In this document: one piece after another, positions 39,655-51,780 of the stretch | How the letters are laid out: each line of letters begins with the position of its first letter | How positions within the stretch are numbered: the stretch's first letter is position 1 | Program-made: the position numbers and the translations under genes | Assembly (NCBI RefSeq): GCF_004010195.1 | Contig: NC_057718.1 | Location: 94,862,702 to 94,926,701, forward strand | DNA: 64,000 nucleotides | DNA from: Chiloscyllium plagiosum | Taxonomy: Eukaryota | Direction of reading: 5' to 3' | The notes under the pieces: generated by a model | What the model saw: only the letters and a program-made list of their open reading frames with translations | Told to the model about the DNA's origin: nothing | The model's database searches: none

Positions 39655-40100
39655 AGATTCCCTACAGTGTGGAAGCAGGCTATTTGGCCCATCAAGTCCA
39701 CACTGACCCTCTGATAAACATCCCACCCAGACCCATCCCATCTCTGTAATCCTGTATTTCCTAGGGCCAATTCACCTAACTTGCATGTCTTTTAATTGTG
39801 GGAGGAAACCAGAGAACCAGGGAAAAACCCATGTAGGGCACAGAGAGAATGTGGGCTGAAAATGTGTTGCTGGAAAAGCGCAGCAGGTCAGGCAGCATCC
39901 AGGGAACAGGAGAATCAACGTTGATTCTCCTGTTCCTGGATGCTGTCTGACCTGCTGGCCTTTTCCAGCAACACATTTTCAGCTCTGATCTCCAGCATCT
40001 GCAGACCTCACTTTCTCCTCACAGAGAGAATGTGCAAACTCTACACACAGGTTCATGTCACTGTGAAGCAGCAGTGGTAACCATTAAGCCACCATGCCGC
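39655..40100 (-). mobile_element. HE1/V-SINE-like element (minus strand) interrupted by a Penelope-derived palindrome (39854-40019)
   Basis: Matches the SINE at 2377; the insert is flanked by the 15-bp TSD cacagagagaatgtg (39839-39853, 40020-40034). Confidence 0.8.
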
Positions 40101-43086
40101 CCCAATTTCTACGATAATTGTATCTAGCAGTCTACAGATATTACTGGGTTTTTTTTTTAAAAACCATTTCACAGGATGTAAATGTTACTGGTAAGGTGAA
40201 CATTTGCTCATCCCTACTAGCCCTTGAACTGAGTGGCTTGTTTGGTCACTTCAAAGAGTAATTAAATATTAACCACATTACTGAGAGTCGGGAGTCACTG
40301 GTAGACCAGACTGGGCAGGGATGGCAGATTTCCTTCTCTCAGCTGAATCCATAACTTGGAGAATCGAATGGTCGGGTGGTTGGTATTGCCCCTAGTGGGA
40401 GGTGGAGGAATCGGTTTGCAGAATAGGAACAGCAGATAGGAGCTTTGGACTGTAACAGCAATTATCAAAATACAGAAATTCACCAAAGATCATTATGCAG
40501 GGACATCTAACTAAACTTGCAAATCTCTTCAGTTAAAATGTTCATTACTGAATGGTTCAAACCTCAAGACCCTCATCTAAACAGTTTAAAAAAAAGGAAG
40601 GGAATTCAATAGAAGGGAAAGAAGTGAGGTTAAAAAAAAGACAGTGGGAGCATAGAAAGAAAATTGGGTTGGGACTTGAAGATCGTGGTGAAATGACTGG
40701 AAGGAGGCATGTAATGGTGTTACTGACACAATGCAGCAACTCACCAAGGTTCCTTCGACAGCATCTTCCAAATGTTCCAACCCCTACCATAGAGAATGAC
40801 GAGGGCCGCAGATACATGGGAACTGTCACCTGCAAGTTCCTGCGAGCCACTTACCATCCTGACTTGGAAATATGTTGCTGTTCCTTCACTCTTGCTTGGG
40901 TCAAAATCCTGGAAATCACCCCTCCCCCAAACAGAATTGTGGGGTCTACCTTACACACATGGACAGCAGCGGTTCAAGAAGGCAGCTCATCACCATCTTC
41001 TCAAAGTTAACTAGGGATAGACAAACTCTGGCCCGGCCAGCAATGTCCACCTCCTATGAGTGATAAAAGGACATGATTGAATCAGGTGGGTTTTTATGAC
41101 AACAGACTTTAGTTCCATGGTTGCCATTACTGAGACTAGCTTTGAATTCCAGATTTTTTTTTATTAATTGCATTTAAATTCTACCAACTGCTATGACACA
41201 AGTTGGACCCATTTCCCTATTGTCTTGGATTTTTAGATTACTGGTCCAGTGACAATACCATGATTCAGCCATCTGCAAAATACGTACAGAAATATGCATT
41301 TTGTAGTCCCTGTGAAGCAAGATAAAATGCTTCCAAATATAATGAGGGCAGGTAGTGTAAGCAATATTAGGATCTTTAGTAGTTCACTAGCAGTTCATCA
41401 GTTGAGTTACCTCAACTGGTAATGGTTGGGCTAGGATCTGCAGCACAGTCATAATGCTTATTTGAGGAACTCACCAGTCCTGGTACATTTATGTTTTTTG
41501 AAGAAATTGTCAAAATAGGTCCTGGGGTGAAATTATTTCCAATCTAGAAAATTGTCAGCAAATAAGTGGGTTTGTATGTTAAATGGTCCTTCGTACCTCT
41601 TTAGCAGGATTTTATATTATGTTATGTAGCTGGCTGGCATAGCTGCCATTCACCATTCATTTGATCAGATTCAAGCATTACAGTGTAGGTTTTAATCACC
41701 TGCCTTGCTATATGCTGTATATATCCAGGTTTTATAAAGTGCTTAAGTAATGAAGAATTGAGCTTTATATTGCAAATGATCATTTAGAATGTAAAACTTG
41801 AGAAGCTAGTAAAATATTTATATAAGAGGTTAGTTGTCAGGCATACTATAATTGCAGTGTCTATTTAGAACTTTACATTAAAGCAAATAAATAATTTTAA
41901 AATTCACATTTGCATAAAAACTGATCAGTTCATTGTTTCTATCCGTTTTATCAGGTTGATGAATTTAACAAGATCTGTTAGCAAGTATTGTATTGATCAT
42001 ATCAGGGAATTGTGGCTTCATTTTTTTCTATTAAAAGGAACTTTGGTTATGTCATAATTAGGCTTGGTTGTGTTCTGCTGGGGCTTTACTATTGGTGTTA
42101 ATGATAGAATAGCAGGATCCTGGTTGGTTTATCAAAATATATGTTCATTAATTAGCCTTGAAACATTTTGTTTTGGGCTGATTAATCACATCTGATTAAT
42201 CATTTATATTGGTCATTGATTTGGGTGTGATGAGAGAAAATAGGATGCTTTCAGAATGTGCTGCAGAATAATTGCTAAGAAAGCAATTTCCAATTGAGTT
42301 TGTTTCATTAAAACTCTCAGCATATGCCTAATCCATGAGTTGTTTGTGGCCAAGACAAAGCACAGTTACATAACTCAATTTTAAAATCGTACCTCCAAAA
42401 TAGCGATTTTATTCTGAATCATCAGTAAAAGGTGTGGGTGAAAAAGTGATGAGATAGAAAATAGCTTTGCATTGGGTCAAAGAGGGAACGTGATGGAGTA
42501 GATATCACTTAAAAAAAATTAAAAGATATAAATCAATAATGCTACATAATGTCTACTTAAAACTGAAAAACTGTTATTTTAAAATAAATTTAAAATAGTC
42601 TTCCAAACCTAACATTGATCTTGCAGAAATGATGAATTCTAAAGCCTAATATTATTTTTGTAAACCTTGGTAATACAGATAAAAGCAAAATTCAATTTTG
42701 ATTAAAGAATTGAATTTGCGTAAGATTTATTCAGGACATCTGTAACTTCAAAAAAAAAAATTGTGATGTAGTAACTTCATAAACCAATGCAACTAACTTA
42801 AGGTCTATTAAAAGGAACATCAAAAATCAGTTCACTTCTGAAATATGAGCTCCATTTGCCGCTCTAAATTAAGTTATGAATTCAAAATCATGAATAACAT
42901 GAAAACAGTGTTACTTAGCACTTTATTCATGCTGTGGGAATGATTTCTTCAGTCCTAACTACTAAATAACGTGACGTTCTTTCTCTTGGCTGTTTTACTG
43001 AAAAAAAGTATTTAACTTTATCATGTTTTGTTATCCCAGAGTTTCCAAATGTCACAAAATCCTAGATTAACAAGGCAGTATAGCAG

Positions 43087-43291
43087 TTGAAACTTTATTG
43101 CTGGAACAGCACAGCAGGTCAGGCAGCATCCAGGGAACAGGAGATTCGACGTTTCGGGCACAGGCCCTTCTTCGGCCTGTGCCCGAAACGTTGAATCTCC
43201 TGTTCCCTGGATGCTGCCTGACCTGCTGTGCTGTTCCAGCAATAAAGTTTCAACTTTGATCTCCAGCATCTGCAGACCTCACTTTCTCCTC
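43087..43291. mobile_element. Young Penelope-derived fold-back element (family A) with a 16-bp TSD
   Basis: TSD caaggcagtatagcag at 43071-43086 and 43292-43307; about 82-bp inverted arms 43085-43166 / 43174-43255 with one mismatch. Confidence 0.88.
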
Positions 43292-45209
43292 CAAGGCAGT
43301 ATAGCAGCCTACTTGTAACCCTTCTTTAATGCCATACTACAGATGGCTTTTTGAAGGCAATAGATGTATCATGGGATGCGTGATTATCATTACTTCCATC
43401 TGCTGTGCAACTGTAACCAACCATGTTGCCAGTAATATAGCACCATGTTTAGACATTGTGTATTCAGGATTTCAATACCTGACCTAGTTTGACATGTCAG
43501 TGCAGTAATGCTTTGTTGGAGGAGCCATCTTTTTAGATGGCATGTTGAACTGAATCCCTGGCTGACTGTTCAAGGAATCACTGCATCTTACTGAAAAATA
43601 GTAAAGGGAAGACACACAATTCTGTAGGAAAGCCAACACTATTTAAAGAAAAACGTTTTTCAGTTATCCAGGTCAATATTCACTCCTCAGCCACGAAGAA
43701 AATGTAGGCTGATCACTCATTCATTCATTTGCCTTCTATGTACAAATTTGTCTGTCATATTTCCCACATTAAAAACTGCAAACGCACTACAAGGATATAT
43801 TGGTTATAAAGCGCTTTTGGATGTCATCATGTGGTAAGGCACTGCATTATTAGATTCCTTCTATTTTTCCTGCCCCTTGTGAAAGTACTTGCGTTTAGTT
43901 GTGTTTTGAACTTGAGATCTCTTTGTGGGGAACAATTCCATATCATACAGTGCTTTGGAATGTCAGCAAAAGATTTACCTTCTGGTGAATATTGATTAGC
44001 AGGAACATGTAATATTTTGTATCTGACATGGATGCATACGTCTTAAAAATACTGTTTCAAGTATTTAGTTCAATGCACTAACAATAAAATCCAAAATGGT
44101 TTTCTTAGCAAACACCCTGAAATACATTTGCAAATATTCTTTCTCCAAAGTTGTCTATTTTTTCATGTTCCTGATTCAAATGTTTCTGCAACAAGATCAA
44201 TTAATCCCATGAGTTTATTTTATTGAACACTTTGACACTAAAAATACCCAGTGTAAAATGCAGCTTTGAAGTGATTTGAATTTTAGCTGCATTGCATATC
44301 CCACCAACTCTCAAGCTGTCCCCATAATACAGAGTGTGGGCTAGTGCCAAAATTGGCAGGGAGCTAATGATATTCACCTAATTAATACTCAGTTGAACTC
44401 ATTAAAAGCTGGGTTGACCCCAACAATACCCCAACAATACCCTGCCCGTGCCAAACTAGCTGATGTAGGCAGTCAGACAGGAGTGGGCAGGCTGCTTTAG
44501 AAGACCTATGTGAATAAAGGTGGGAAGGAAGGGGTGTATATCATTACAGGTGTGCCCATGTGTGCATCAGGTGTATTGCTCCATCGAGATACCATCCCAA
44601 CCTTCCTTCCAACCTAATCAAACCTTAGTCCTACAGTCTGTTCTCGTCTTCCATAGGGTCGAGGCTCCCTCCCCACTTTAAAACCCAGGAATTGGCTTCT
44701 CAAGAAGCCATTACCACCTCAGACCTTCTTCTATCCTGGCAGTGCCAGGACTGAGCGCTACCGAAGGGCCTGTTTCCACACTGTAAATAATCTACTGGCC
44801 ATCAATTTGACCTGCAGCTCTCATGGGCAGAACATCTTCACCAAGGGCAGAAATTCCACAATTAGGCAATGTAGCCTACACAGATTGTTATGGATGCAGG
44901 CCCAGACAGTTCCTGATTGATCAGATCACTGCCAACTTTTGATCTATAGAGAGAGCAGACCACTTCTCTATAATATTTTGCTCATTGAATCTCGGAGCTC
45001 AAGTAATCAAATACACTTTGAAGAAAATCATGAATGCAGACAAAGGTCCAACGAGTATTGTTTGGTTTTACTAACCTAAGTTTTTTTTTCCCACAAGCAA
45101 GCACCATGATTGTACAAATTTAAAATAATAGAATGGCTACAATGCTGGAGTCCATTCGACATATTGAGCGTGTGTCAATTAATTACAAGGACAAAGTGGC
45201 TGTGTCCAT

Positions 45210-45735
45210 TATTCCTGATGTGGTCTCCTCTACATTGGGGAGACAGGACGGCAACTTACGGAAAGGTTCAGGAAGAAATTTCTGGGACACGCACCCAACA
45301 ACTTCACTGCTCTGTGACCGACCACTTCAATTCCCCTTCCCATTCTGCCAAGGACATGCAAGTCCTGGGCCGCCTGTACCACCAAATCCAAGCCACCCAA
45401 CACCTGGAGGAATGCCTCATCTTCCACCTTAAGATCCTCCTACCACATGGCATCAATGTTGATTTCACTAGTTTCCTCATCTCCTCTTCCCCCATTTTAT
45501 CCCAAATCGAATCCTGTAACTCAGCACCGTCCTACCTGTCGATCTTCCTTCTCACCAATCCGCTCTGACCTATCACCATCACCCTTACCTTCATCGACCT
45601 ATCACATTTGCGGCTACCTTCTCTCTTTCCCCCCCCCCCCCGATGAAGGGCTTATGCCCAAAACATCAACTCTCCTGCTCCTCAGAAGCTGTCTGACTTG
45701 CTGTGCTTTTCCAGTGCCACGCATTTTGACAGACA
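45210..45735 (+). mobile_element. Penelope-like element 3' fragment (family A; GIY-YIG remnant + decayed hammerhead at about 45641-45670)
   Basis: 'LHWGDR...VTDHFNSPSHSAKDMQVLG..EECLIFHL..LLPHGINVDF'; cgatgaagggcttatgcccaaaacatc. Confidence 0.8.
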
Positions 45736-46062
45736 TTTAATTGCAAGAGCAATATATCTCGTCCCTATGTATCCTATCTTTGCAATTATTTTGTTTCCTT
45801 TCAGGAGATTATCCAATTTCCTTTCGAAAGCCATTATTCAATCTGATACTACCACTCTAATGGTGCATTCAGATTCTAACTGCTCACTCGTGAAAAAGCT
45901 CTCGCTCATGTTACCTTTGTTTCTTTTGCCAATCACTTTAAATCTGCATATTCTAATTCTCGACCCTTCTCTTGATGGAAACCGATTTTTTCTCAATCTG
46001 CCTTCTCTAGACCTCTCATAATTTTGAACAACTCTATCAAACCTGCTCTGAAACTTCTCTTT

Positions 46063-46540
46063 TATACAGCTATACAGCACGGAAACAGACCCTTCAGTCC
46101 AAATCGTCCATGCCGACCTGATATCCTAAATAATCTAGTCCCATTTGCCAGCACTTGGCCCATGTCTCTCTAAATCCTTCCTATTCATATACCCATCCAG
46201 ATGCCTTTTAAATTGTTGCAATTGTACCAGCCTCCACCACTTCCTTTGGCAGCTCATTCTATATACCTACCATGCTCTGCATGAAGAAGTTGCCCCTTAA
46301 GTCTCATTTAAACCTTTTCCCCTCTCACCCTAAACCTATGCCTACTAGTTCTGGACTCCCCCACCCAAGGAAAAGAACTTGTCTATTTACCCTATTCATG
46401 CCCCTCATGATTTTATAAACCTCTAAAAGGTCACCCCAAGGTTTCCAACACTACAGGGAAAACAGCCCCAGCCTATTCAACCTCCTCCAATAGCTCAAAC
46501 CTTCCAACCTTGACAACATCCTTAAATCTTTTCCGACTTC
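46063..46540 (-). mobile_element. CR1-type LINE 3' fragment
   Basis: Near copy of 28095-28580. Confidence 0.85.
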
Positions 46541-46899
46541 TTTAAAGTATCCATGTAAGTGAAGTTCCTGTCCCTAAAATAATTCTCATAAATCCTTAAA
46601 GTCTGCATGTTATTTACTACTATTATTCACATGATGTGCATGTTTTAACATGTAGGGTAATTCTGTAATGTATTTTAAAATATCTGGTCCTTATACAGTT
46701 ATATGGTTACAAATATGAGACACTACCTTAAATTATTTCAATAAAATTACAGTTTAAGTTAAACTAATCCTGTAACCTTAGCGTGGCATTCAAAAATATA
46801 TTTGTAAATCATCTCAACTCTTTTCCACACCTCATTTCCGCACCTCATTTCCCCCATTCATCTGCATTTGTATACACTCTTTAAATTCATTTTGTCCAT

Positions 46900-47690
46900 A
46901 ACATATTCCTCTTGCTGGCTCAGTCTTATTCCTATTAAACTGTTATCCGTCCCAGCTCCTTCCTTTGCTGTATCATAATTGACATTGTAAATAGTTCCCT
47001 TTCCTGATGGTCTTCAAAATGATCATCATGACCATCCATTTCAAACATTTTACAGTCGATGTCTATATATTGTACCATCACCAACCTCCCTTTCCTCTCC
47101 AAAATCCTTGAATGTTTCATCCCCCAGATCTGTGTCCCAAAACTATTCATTTGCATCCCTTAAAACTGATTTCTATCTCTCCCACAACAATAAAGACACC
47201 CTAATCAAAGTTATGAATAACATTTTCTTTGTGTTATTCTTCCTTAAACTGTATGCAATCTTTAACATAGGCACTCATATCATCTAACACCTTTTCTTAG
47301 ACAGGCATAGGTAGGCTATCTTCAGTTGTTTCCACTCCTGCCTATCCAAGGATAGCCAGAGTATCACTGCAAAAGTCTCATTTTCCAATACCTCAAGAAT
47401 CCCTTGAGAATCTATCCTTGGTCTCCTCCTGTTCAACAGCTACATGTTTGGTGATATCCTATATGGATATGAGATCAACTTCCATATATATGCTAATGAC
47501 ACTTTGCTCTCTCTCTTTAACTTTCTGGTGTCCTTCATTATTGCTGTACTATCAGACTGCTTATCTGACATCTTTGACAACCTGTAATTCCCTTCAACTA
47601 AACATTGGTAAAAGCAAGCTCCACAACTTTCACCATTGCCACAAAGTTGGTACACTTGTGACCAGCTCTCTCTCCTCCTTGGTCACTATC
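46900..47690 (+). mobile_element. Old L2-type LINE RT remnant
   Basis: accatcaccaacctccctttcctctccaaaatccttgaa ('TNLPFLSKILE'), tatgctaatgacact ('YANDT'), cttcaactaaacattggtaaa ('LQLNIGK'). Confidence 0.6.
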
Positions 47691-48439
47691 GCAGTGTATG
47701 AGTGTATGAAAACTGGCAAGCATTCTACTCTAGATCTTTGTCTTCACATACAACCTTACTATCTGTATGTCATTTTCTGCCTTTGTCTGTACCTTAGCCT
47801 ATTTGTTTCATTATTTGCAAAGAACATCGAGAGTCAACTATTACAATCCTCTGCTGGACAGTCTCTGATTTTTTTCACCGTCCGTAGAAATCAACCCGCA
47901 TTTGTTCCTGGTTCCTAAATTTATATAATGAATTTAAACTTATTTAATGAATTTAATGTTTAAATCCACACCACACTTTGCTTATCCCTAATTCTGCAAC
48001 ATTTTGTTGTGCCATAACTGCCTTGTCCCCTTTGAAACTTTGTTTCTCGGATTACAGCCTCCTGAGCTTTTTCAATTTTGCTCAAAGATTAGCAATTCTC
48101 CTTTCAGTCTAGTTTACTGTAAAATCATCATATATGGTCATTTCCAAACATTTAATAAATTATATACTTCAGGGAATCATTTTGGTGTAATTTATCCAAA
48201 AATATTAGCAATGAGAAATCACATTACAGAATCAATGACTGATAATTTGTCTTGTCTTTCATGTTTTTGCTATACTGGGTTATCTGCACCTAAAATTGAG
48301 CCATATTTTTGTTTCTGTTCTAAGGAATGAGTTGCTGTGAACATAGAAAACTATTTATAAGATTTATGTAATGAAGTGATTATAATTTTTGAACTATGAA
48401 AGCTGCATTTAAAATTAAATCAGGTGTTTTTCTTTACAG

Positions 48440-49414
48440 AAAGATACATGAATCTGGTCAAGAGAAGAAACCACCATTTATTTACTGGAAAATGGTGCCA
48501 CAAATAGATAAGTCAGATCACACAGCTGATTCTTTCATGGACATCAGTAGTGACAGACACAGTTGGGATAAACCAGAAGATAATGACTTGGTCATGAACA
48601 TTAGCAATTACAAGGAAACATGTCATGAGAAAGAGCAACATAGCACATCTGATGCAGAGATTGGATGCAATAATACAAATGAAATAGAAGAGGAGAAAGA
48701 TAAAGGTAGCAAGATTGCACAAAATAGTTCATTAAATAACAAAGAAGCTAATGTTAAGAATGAAGAAGATACAGGAGAGGATGAAACTGAAGACTTGGAA
48801 AATGAAGATGACGATAATGATGGTGACACAGAGTATGAAGTAGAAGATGAAGAAGAAAATAGTACAGATGATGATGATGATAATAGTAAAGATGAAGACT
48901 ATCAAAATGAGCATGATCCTGAACCAAACTATTCTGATGAGGACGTTGATGTAAAGAAAGGCAGTAAGAGGGGAAGATCACGAAAGTCAAATCATAAAAT
49001 AAAGTGTGACAAATGTGATGATGAATTTAATTCCAGAAAGGATTATGTGGTTCATTGCAAAGATATTCACCAGTCATTACCAGGAAAAGTCTATCACTGT
49101 GAGATCTGTGGGAAGGCTTTTGCAACCCACAACAGTTGGAAAGAACATTGTGCTTGTGTTCACAGTGATGAAAGGCACTTTGCCTGCACCCTATGCAATG
49201 CAACTTTTAAGAGAAAAAGAGATGTGCGGACACATTATGCACGGAAGCATGAAGGGCGTATTAAACGTCCACTATGTTCTGTTTGTGGGAAAATTCTGAG
49301 TTCACGAACAGCACTGGTGTTTCACATGCGGACACACACTGGAGAGAAGCCTTACGAATGCTCCATTTGCCATTCTCGATTTGCCCAACCATCACAGCTG
49401 AAAATACACACAAG
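48440..49414 (+). CDS. GZF1: GZF1-like gene, second coding exon (acidic D/E tract + five more C2H2 fingers)
   Basis: Acceptor ttttctttacag|A AAG ATA CAT completes the Arg codon and last His of the previous finger. Long Asp/Glu tract, then five C2H2 fingers with a TGEKP linker. Donor AG|GTCATG after 49414 (phase 2). Confidence 0.9.
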
Positions 49415-50030
49415 GTCATGTCCTTATATTTAGTTTCCATTTATCCACGTTTGTTTTCTACTTTACAGACATCCATCTGTACAAGGCATCTCTTTGTGAG
49501 AAAAAGGGCAAGCAGGCTTTCCCATCAACAGAGTGTCTCCTCCTAATTGTGTGGAGAAGCAAGCTTTTACTTCTGTTAAGTCTACTGTCCTGGTTAGATG
49601 GGTAGGTGAGCAGACAGGCAGCTGTCTTCTCCACATTTGCATCAACGTGAGTTAGAATTAGATACTATCTTGCTGCATCAGTGTTGCCTGTTCGAATGTT
49701 TTTGCTATTCAACAACATGTGCAAGAACTAATAAAGCTCATTACAGCCATTGACTGGTGCTGAGTCATATCTCAGACGATTCGCAGACTCGAGAAGCAAG
49801 TAGCTTAATCTGGATTGTATTAGACTTGTTTTTAAGAATGTTATTATAAACTTATAAAGTGATGGATGAATTACTGTAAAATAAGTTTTTTTTAGGTTAA
49901 ATACACATCATCAATTATTTTAGAAATGCAGATCCAGCAGCAGTGAATCTATTTGTCTACATAGTGCAAAATGCAATTTATTTTTTGAAGTTTCATAAGA
50001 TTACATGTTTTCAGTCCAAGATAGTTTTAA

Positions 50031-50207
<177 letters not shown>

Positions 50208-50809
50208 TAGATAATTTCCTGATATCACATCCAAAGTGCTGAAACAAAAGGTATTGCTGGCACAAAATAAATATTATAAATCATTGTATTATAATTAATT
50301 GCACTAGTGATCTGGCAACTATATATCATATTTTCTAGATGATCCATGCTGTACAATAACTAGCAATGTTGGCTATAGAAGAAGTATTCTATATTTAAAT
50401 TTAGTTGTGCCATTGTATACAGCATTGAGCAAAGACTGAACTACACATTGTGACCACTAAAGTTAAGTTTTGCTTTGTTCTTATATGCTGTTAACTTTTA
50501 AATTGTAGGAAGTGATTTTATTTAATCAGTGAGTTACTGGTTGAATTTTAAAAAAAACTCAACACTGGCATTTCAGTTTCTAAGATGTCCGAACATCTAT
50601 ATGAATATACCTTACACATTCCAGACCCAGTCAGAATACAGTCAGAATGTCTAGAAGAACATAGCAAAGACAATCACCTTAAAAGAAGATGAATGACTAC
50701 AATTTCTGACCCATTCAAAAAACATAGAACATAGAAGAATACAGCGCGGTACAGGCCCTTTGGCCCTCGATGTTGCACCGATCCAAGCCCACCTAACCTA
50801 CACTAGCCC

Positions 50810-51001
50810 ACTTCTCCCCACCCCCACCCTCCTCTAGCTTATCTCTCCACGCTTCAGGCTCACTGCCTTTATTCCTGATGAAGGGCTTTTGCCCGAAATG
50901 TCGATTTCGAAGCTCCTTGGATGCTGCCTGAACTGCTGTGCTCTTCCAGCAGCACTAATCCAGAATCTGGTTTCCAGTATCTGCAGTCATTGTTTTTACC
51001 T
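50810..51001 (+). mobile_element. Penelope-derived 3' terminus (family A) with a near-intact sense-strand hammerhead at 50875-50902; preceded by a minus-strand CR1 tail (50723-50810)
   Basis: ATTC CTGATGA A GGGC TTTT GCCC GAAA TGTC GATT; same subfamily as 25406. Confidence 0.75.
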
Positions 51002-51661
51002 ACGTGATATCAGTTGAATGAACCTTCTCTGGACCGCCTTCAATGCCACTGTGTATTTCCTTAGAATAAGGACTCAAAACTGCTCATAGCATTCTAACTG
51101 TGGTCTGATGAAGGCTTTGTATAATTTTAGTTAAACCTCACTACTTTTATGCACCATTCACTTTCTGTGGATAGCTCTGCTGGTGACTTAGAAGTTTTGT
51201 ATCTCCGTTATCAACATCACCTTGTCAAGTGAAAGTCACAATTGGAATTGAACGATCAGTTAAGTAGCAGGATTCATGCAGTGAAGATGATTTAGAAAAA
51301 GGGTCTATCAGAAATTGGCTTGCCATAGTCAATATAAAAAAAGTCTTCACACAGCTCCAAGGTCTATGCCAAGTCAGCTGATTTCAGTGAAGGACAGTGA
51401 TGGAGTATTTCAAGTAACACCTTCAAGTACATACAAAAACACAGTGAGGATTTCCGCTCCTAATACTATTCAGTGATCTCTGCAGCAAATTGTGTAATGA
51501 TGAATGTCCAATTAGGGCAAGAATTAGGTGCCATGTGCTTACCTCCATGGTAAACTAATCTGTTCTCTGGATAGCCTTTCATCTGGCATCCTCCATAAAC
51601 CTGAGCTTATCCAAAACTCTGCTGCGTGTTTTCTAACTCATATTGAGTTTTCTTCACCCCT

Positions 51662-51780
51662 CAGGAGAAAGTAAGGACTGCAAATGCTGGAGATCAGAAT
51701 TGAAAGCTGGAAAAGCACAGCCGGTCAGGCAGCATCCAAGGAGCAGGAGAATCAACGTTTCGGGCATAAGCCCTTCATTG
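51662..51780 (-). mobile_element. Short Penelope-derived terminus (family A) inside an L2 remnant
   Basis: ggagaaagtaaggactgcaaatgctggagatc...aacgtttcgggcataagcccttca; flanked by ttcacccct / ttcatccct. Confidence 0.7.

Noticed and set aside
48396..48439. ATG at 48396 as the start of a separate 345-aa gene
   Set aside because: It lies upstream of a good acceptor at 48438-48439, and the exon completes the zinc finger left open at 36167.
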